DNA from: Nibricoccus sp.
Lineage (GTDB): Bacteria; Verrucomicrobiota; Verrucomicrobiia; Opitutales; Opitutaceae
Length of the DNA stretch: 64,000 nucleotides
Assembly: GCA_047602425.1 (NCBI GenBank)
Contig: JASGHG010000001.1
Coordinates: forward strand, 2,304,001 to 2,368,000
Direction: 5' to 3'
The position numbers were made by a program, and so were the translations under genes. Below the pieces are notes generated by a model. The model saw only the letters and a list, made by a program, of their open reading frames with translations, was not told where the DNA came from and ran no database searches. Positions 63,229 through 64,000 of this stretch are shown here, one piece after another; within the stretch, counting starts at the first letter, position 1, and each line of letters opens with the position of its first letter.

Positions 63229-63999
63229 TTAGGCGGAGGGCTTGGCCGGCGGCGCCTCCTTGGCGGGGGCGGCTGGTGCGGCAGGCGTCATGGGCGTGAC
63301 GACTTTGGCTCCAGCGGCGGCCAGATGCTGGTAGCCGGCGAAGCGTTCGTCGACGGCGGCCTGGGCCTTCTTACCGAGCATGGCGGCGTGCTCCGGGTTG
63401 GCCTTGGTGAGGGCCTGGAAGCGGAGCTCGTTGGCCATGAAATTGGCCACGGGAACCTTCGGTGCGGCGGAGTCGAGGAGCATCGGAGCCTGGCCCTTTT
63501 CGATGCGAGCCGGGTCGTAGCGGAACATCGGCCAATAACCCGTATCAACCGCCAACTTCTGCTGATCGAGGCCATTGGCGATATTGTAGCCGTGGGCGAT
63601 ACAGTGCGAGTAAGCGATGATGAGGGAGACACCGGGATGTTTCTCGGCTTCGACGAAGGCTTGCACGGTCTGGCTGTCCTTGGCGCCAAGAGCGATCTTG
63701 GCGACGTAGACGTTGCCGTACGAAGCGGCGATCATGGCGAGATCCTTCTTGTTGGTCTCCTTGCCGCCGGCGGCGAATTTGGCGATCGCGCCGATCGGAG
63801 TCGACTTCGAGCACTGGCCACCGGTGTTGGAGTATACTTCGGTGTCGAGCACGAGGATGTTGATCTTGCGACCGGAGGCGAAGACGTGGTCGAGGCCACC
63901 GAAACCAATGTCATAGGCCCAACCGTCGCCACCGAGAATCCAGACGGATTTCTTGACGAGGTAGTCGGCGAGCGTGAGCAGCGACTTGGCTTTCTCGTC
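63229..63999 (-). CDS. nifJ: Pyruvate:ferredoxin/flavodoxin oxidoreductase, C-terminal part (gene starts beyond the window)
   Basis: KSVWILGGDGWAYDIGFGGLDHV TPP-binding motif, LDTEVYSNTGGQ and IAYSHCIAHG; frame open to the window end. Confidence 0.95.
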   Translation of the reverse strand, partial: DEKAKSLLTLADYLVKKSVWILGGDGWAYDIGFGGLDHVFASGRKINILVLDTEVYSNTGGQCSKSTPIGAIAKFAAGGKETNKKDLAMIAASYGNVYVAKIALGAKDSQTVQAFVEAEKHPGVSLIIAYSHCIAHGYNIANGLDQQKLAVDTGYWPMFRYDPARIEKGQAPMLLDSAAPKVPVANFMANELRFQALTKANPEHAAMLGKKAQAAVDERFAGYQHLAAAGAKVVTPMTPAAPAAPAKEAPPAKPSA

Positions 64000-64000
64000 G

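Overview
A GC-rich bacterial chromosome segment, most likely from an Opitutae (Verrucomicrobiota) organism. This is inferred from the TonB-receptor style, LacI style, ECF sigma with a long C-terminal extension, short ATP synthase delta subunit and alpha2-type GlyRS. In order, it contains: (1) a xylan/hemicellulose utilisation locus (TonB-dependent receptor 3' end, GH35-like/DUF5597, GH43, GH30 with poly-Ser and a GlyGly-like tail, GH115, GH8, GPH-family MFS transporter, LacI regulator); (2) a glutaredoxin and gltBD; (3) a divergent pair of small ribbon-helix-helix genes coupled to a stand-alone PAS protein; (4) a YtrA/GntR-ABC operon in which a +1 frameshift fuses the ATPase to the permease; (5) a MASE1-PAS hybrid kinase; (6) a five-gene porin-cytochrome cluster (MtrA-like 8-heme lipoprotein, MtrB-like barrel, two monoheme cytochromes c, ImcH/NapC-like 7-heme membrane cytochrome); (7) trmB and the F1Fo operon atpBEFHAGDC; (8) a REP-like palindrome cluster and an alpha-2-macroglobulin; (9) a Fic gene with a tandem palindromic operator, a SWIM-SNF2 helicase, glyQS, a PL4 lyase and pdxH; (10) a HEAT/secretin-N0 protein beside a membrane-anchored ECF sigma; (11) a DHOD-like gene and the 3' end of PFOR. 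The porin-cytochrome cluster looks like a complete trans-envelope electron-transfer conduit and is the strongest candidate for an undescribed system. No rRNA, tRNA, CRISPR array or transposase was seen. All family calls come from motif recognition, not database searches.
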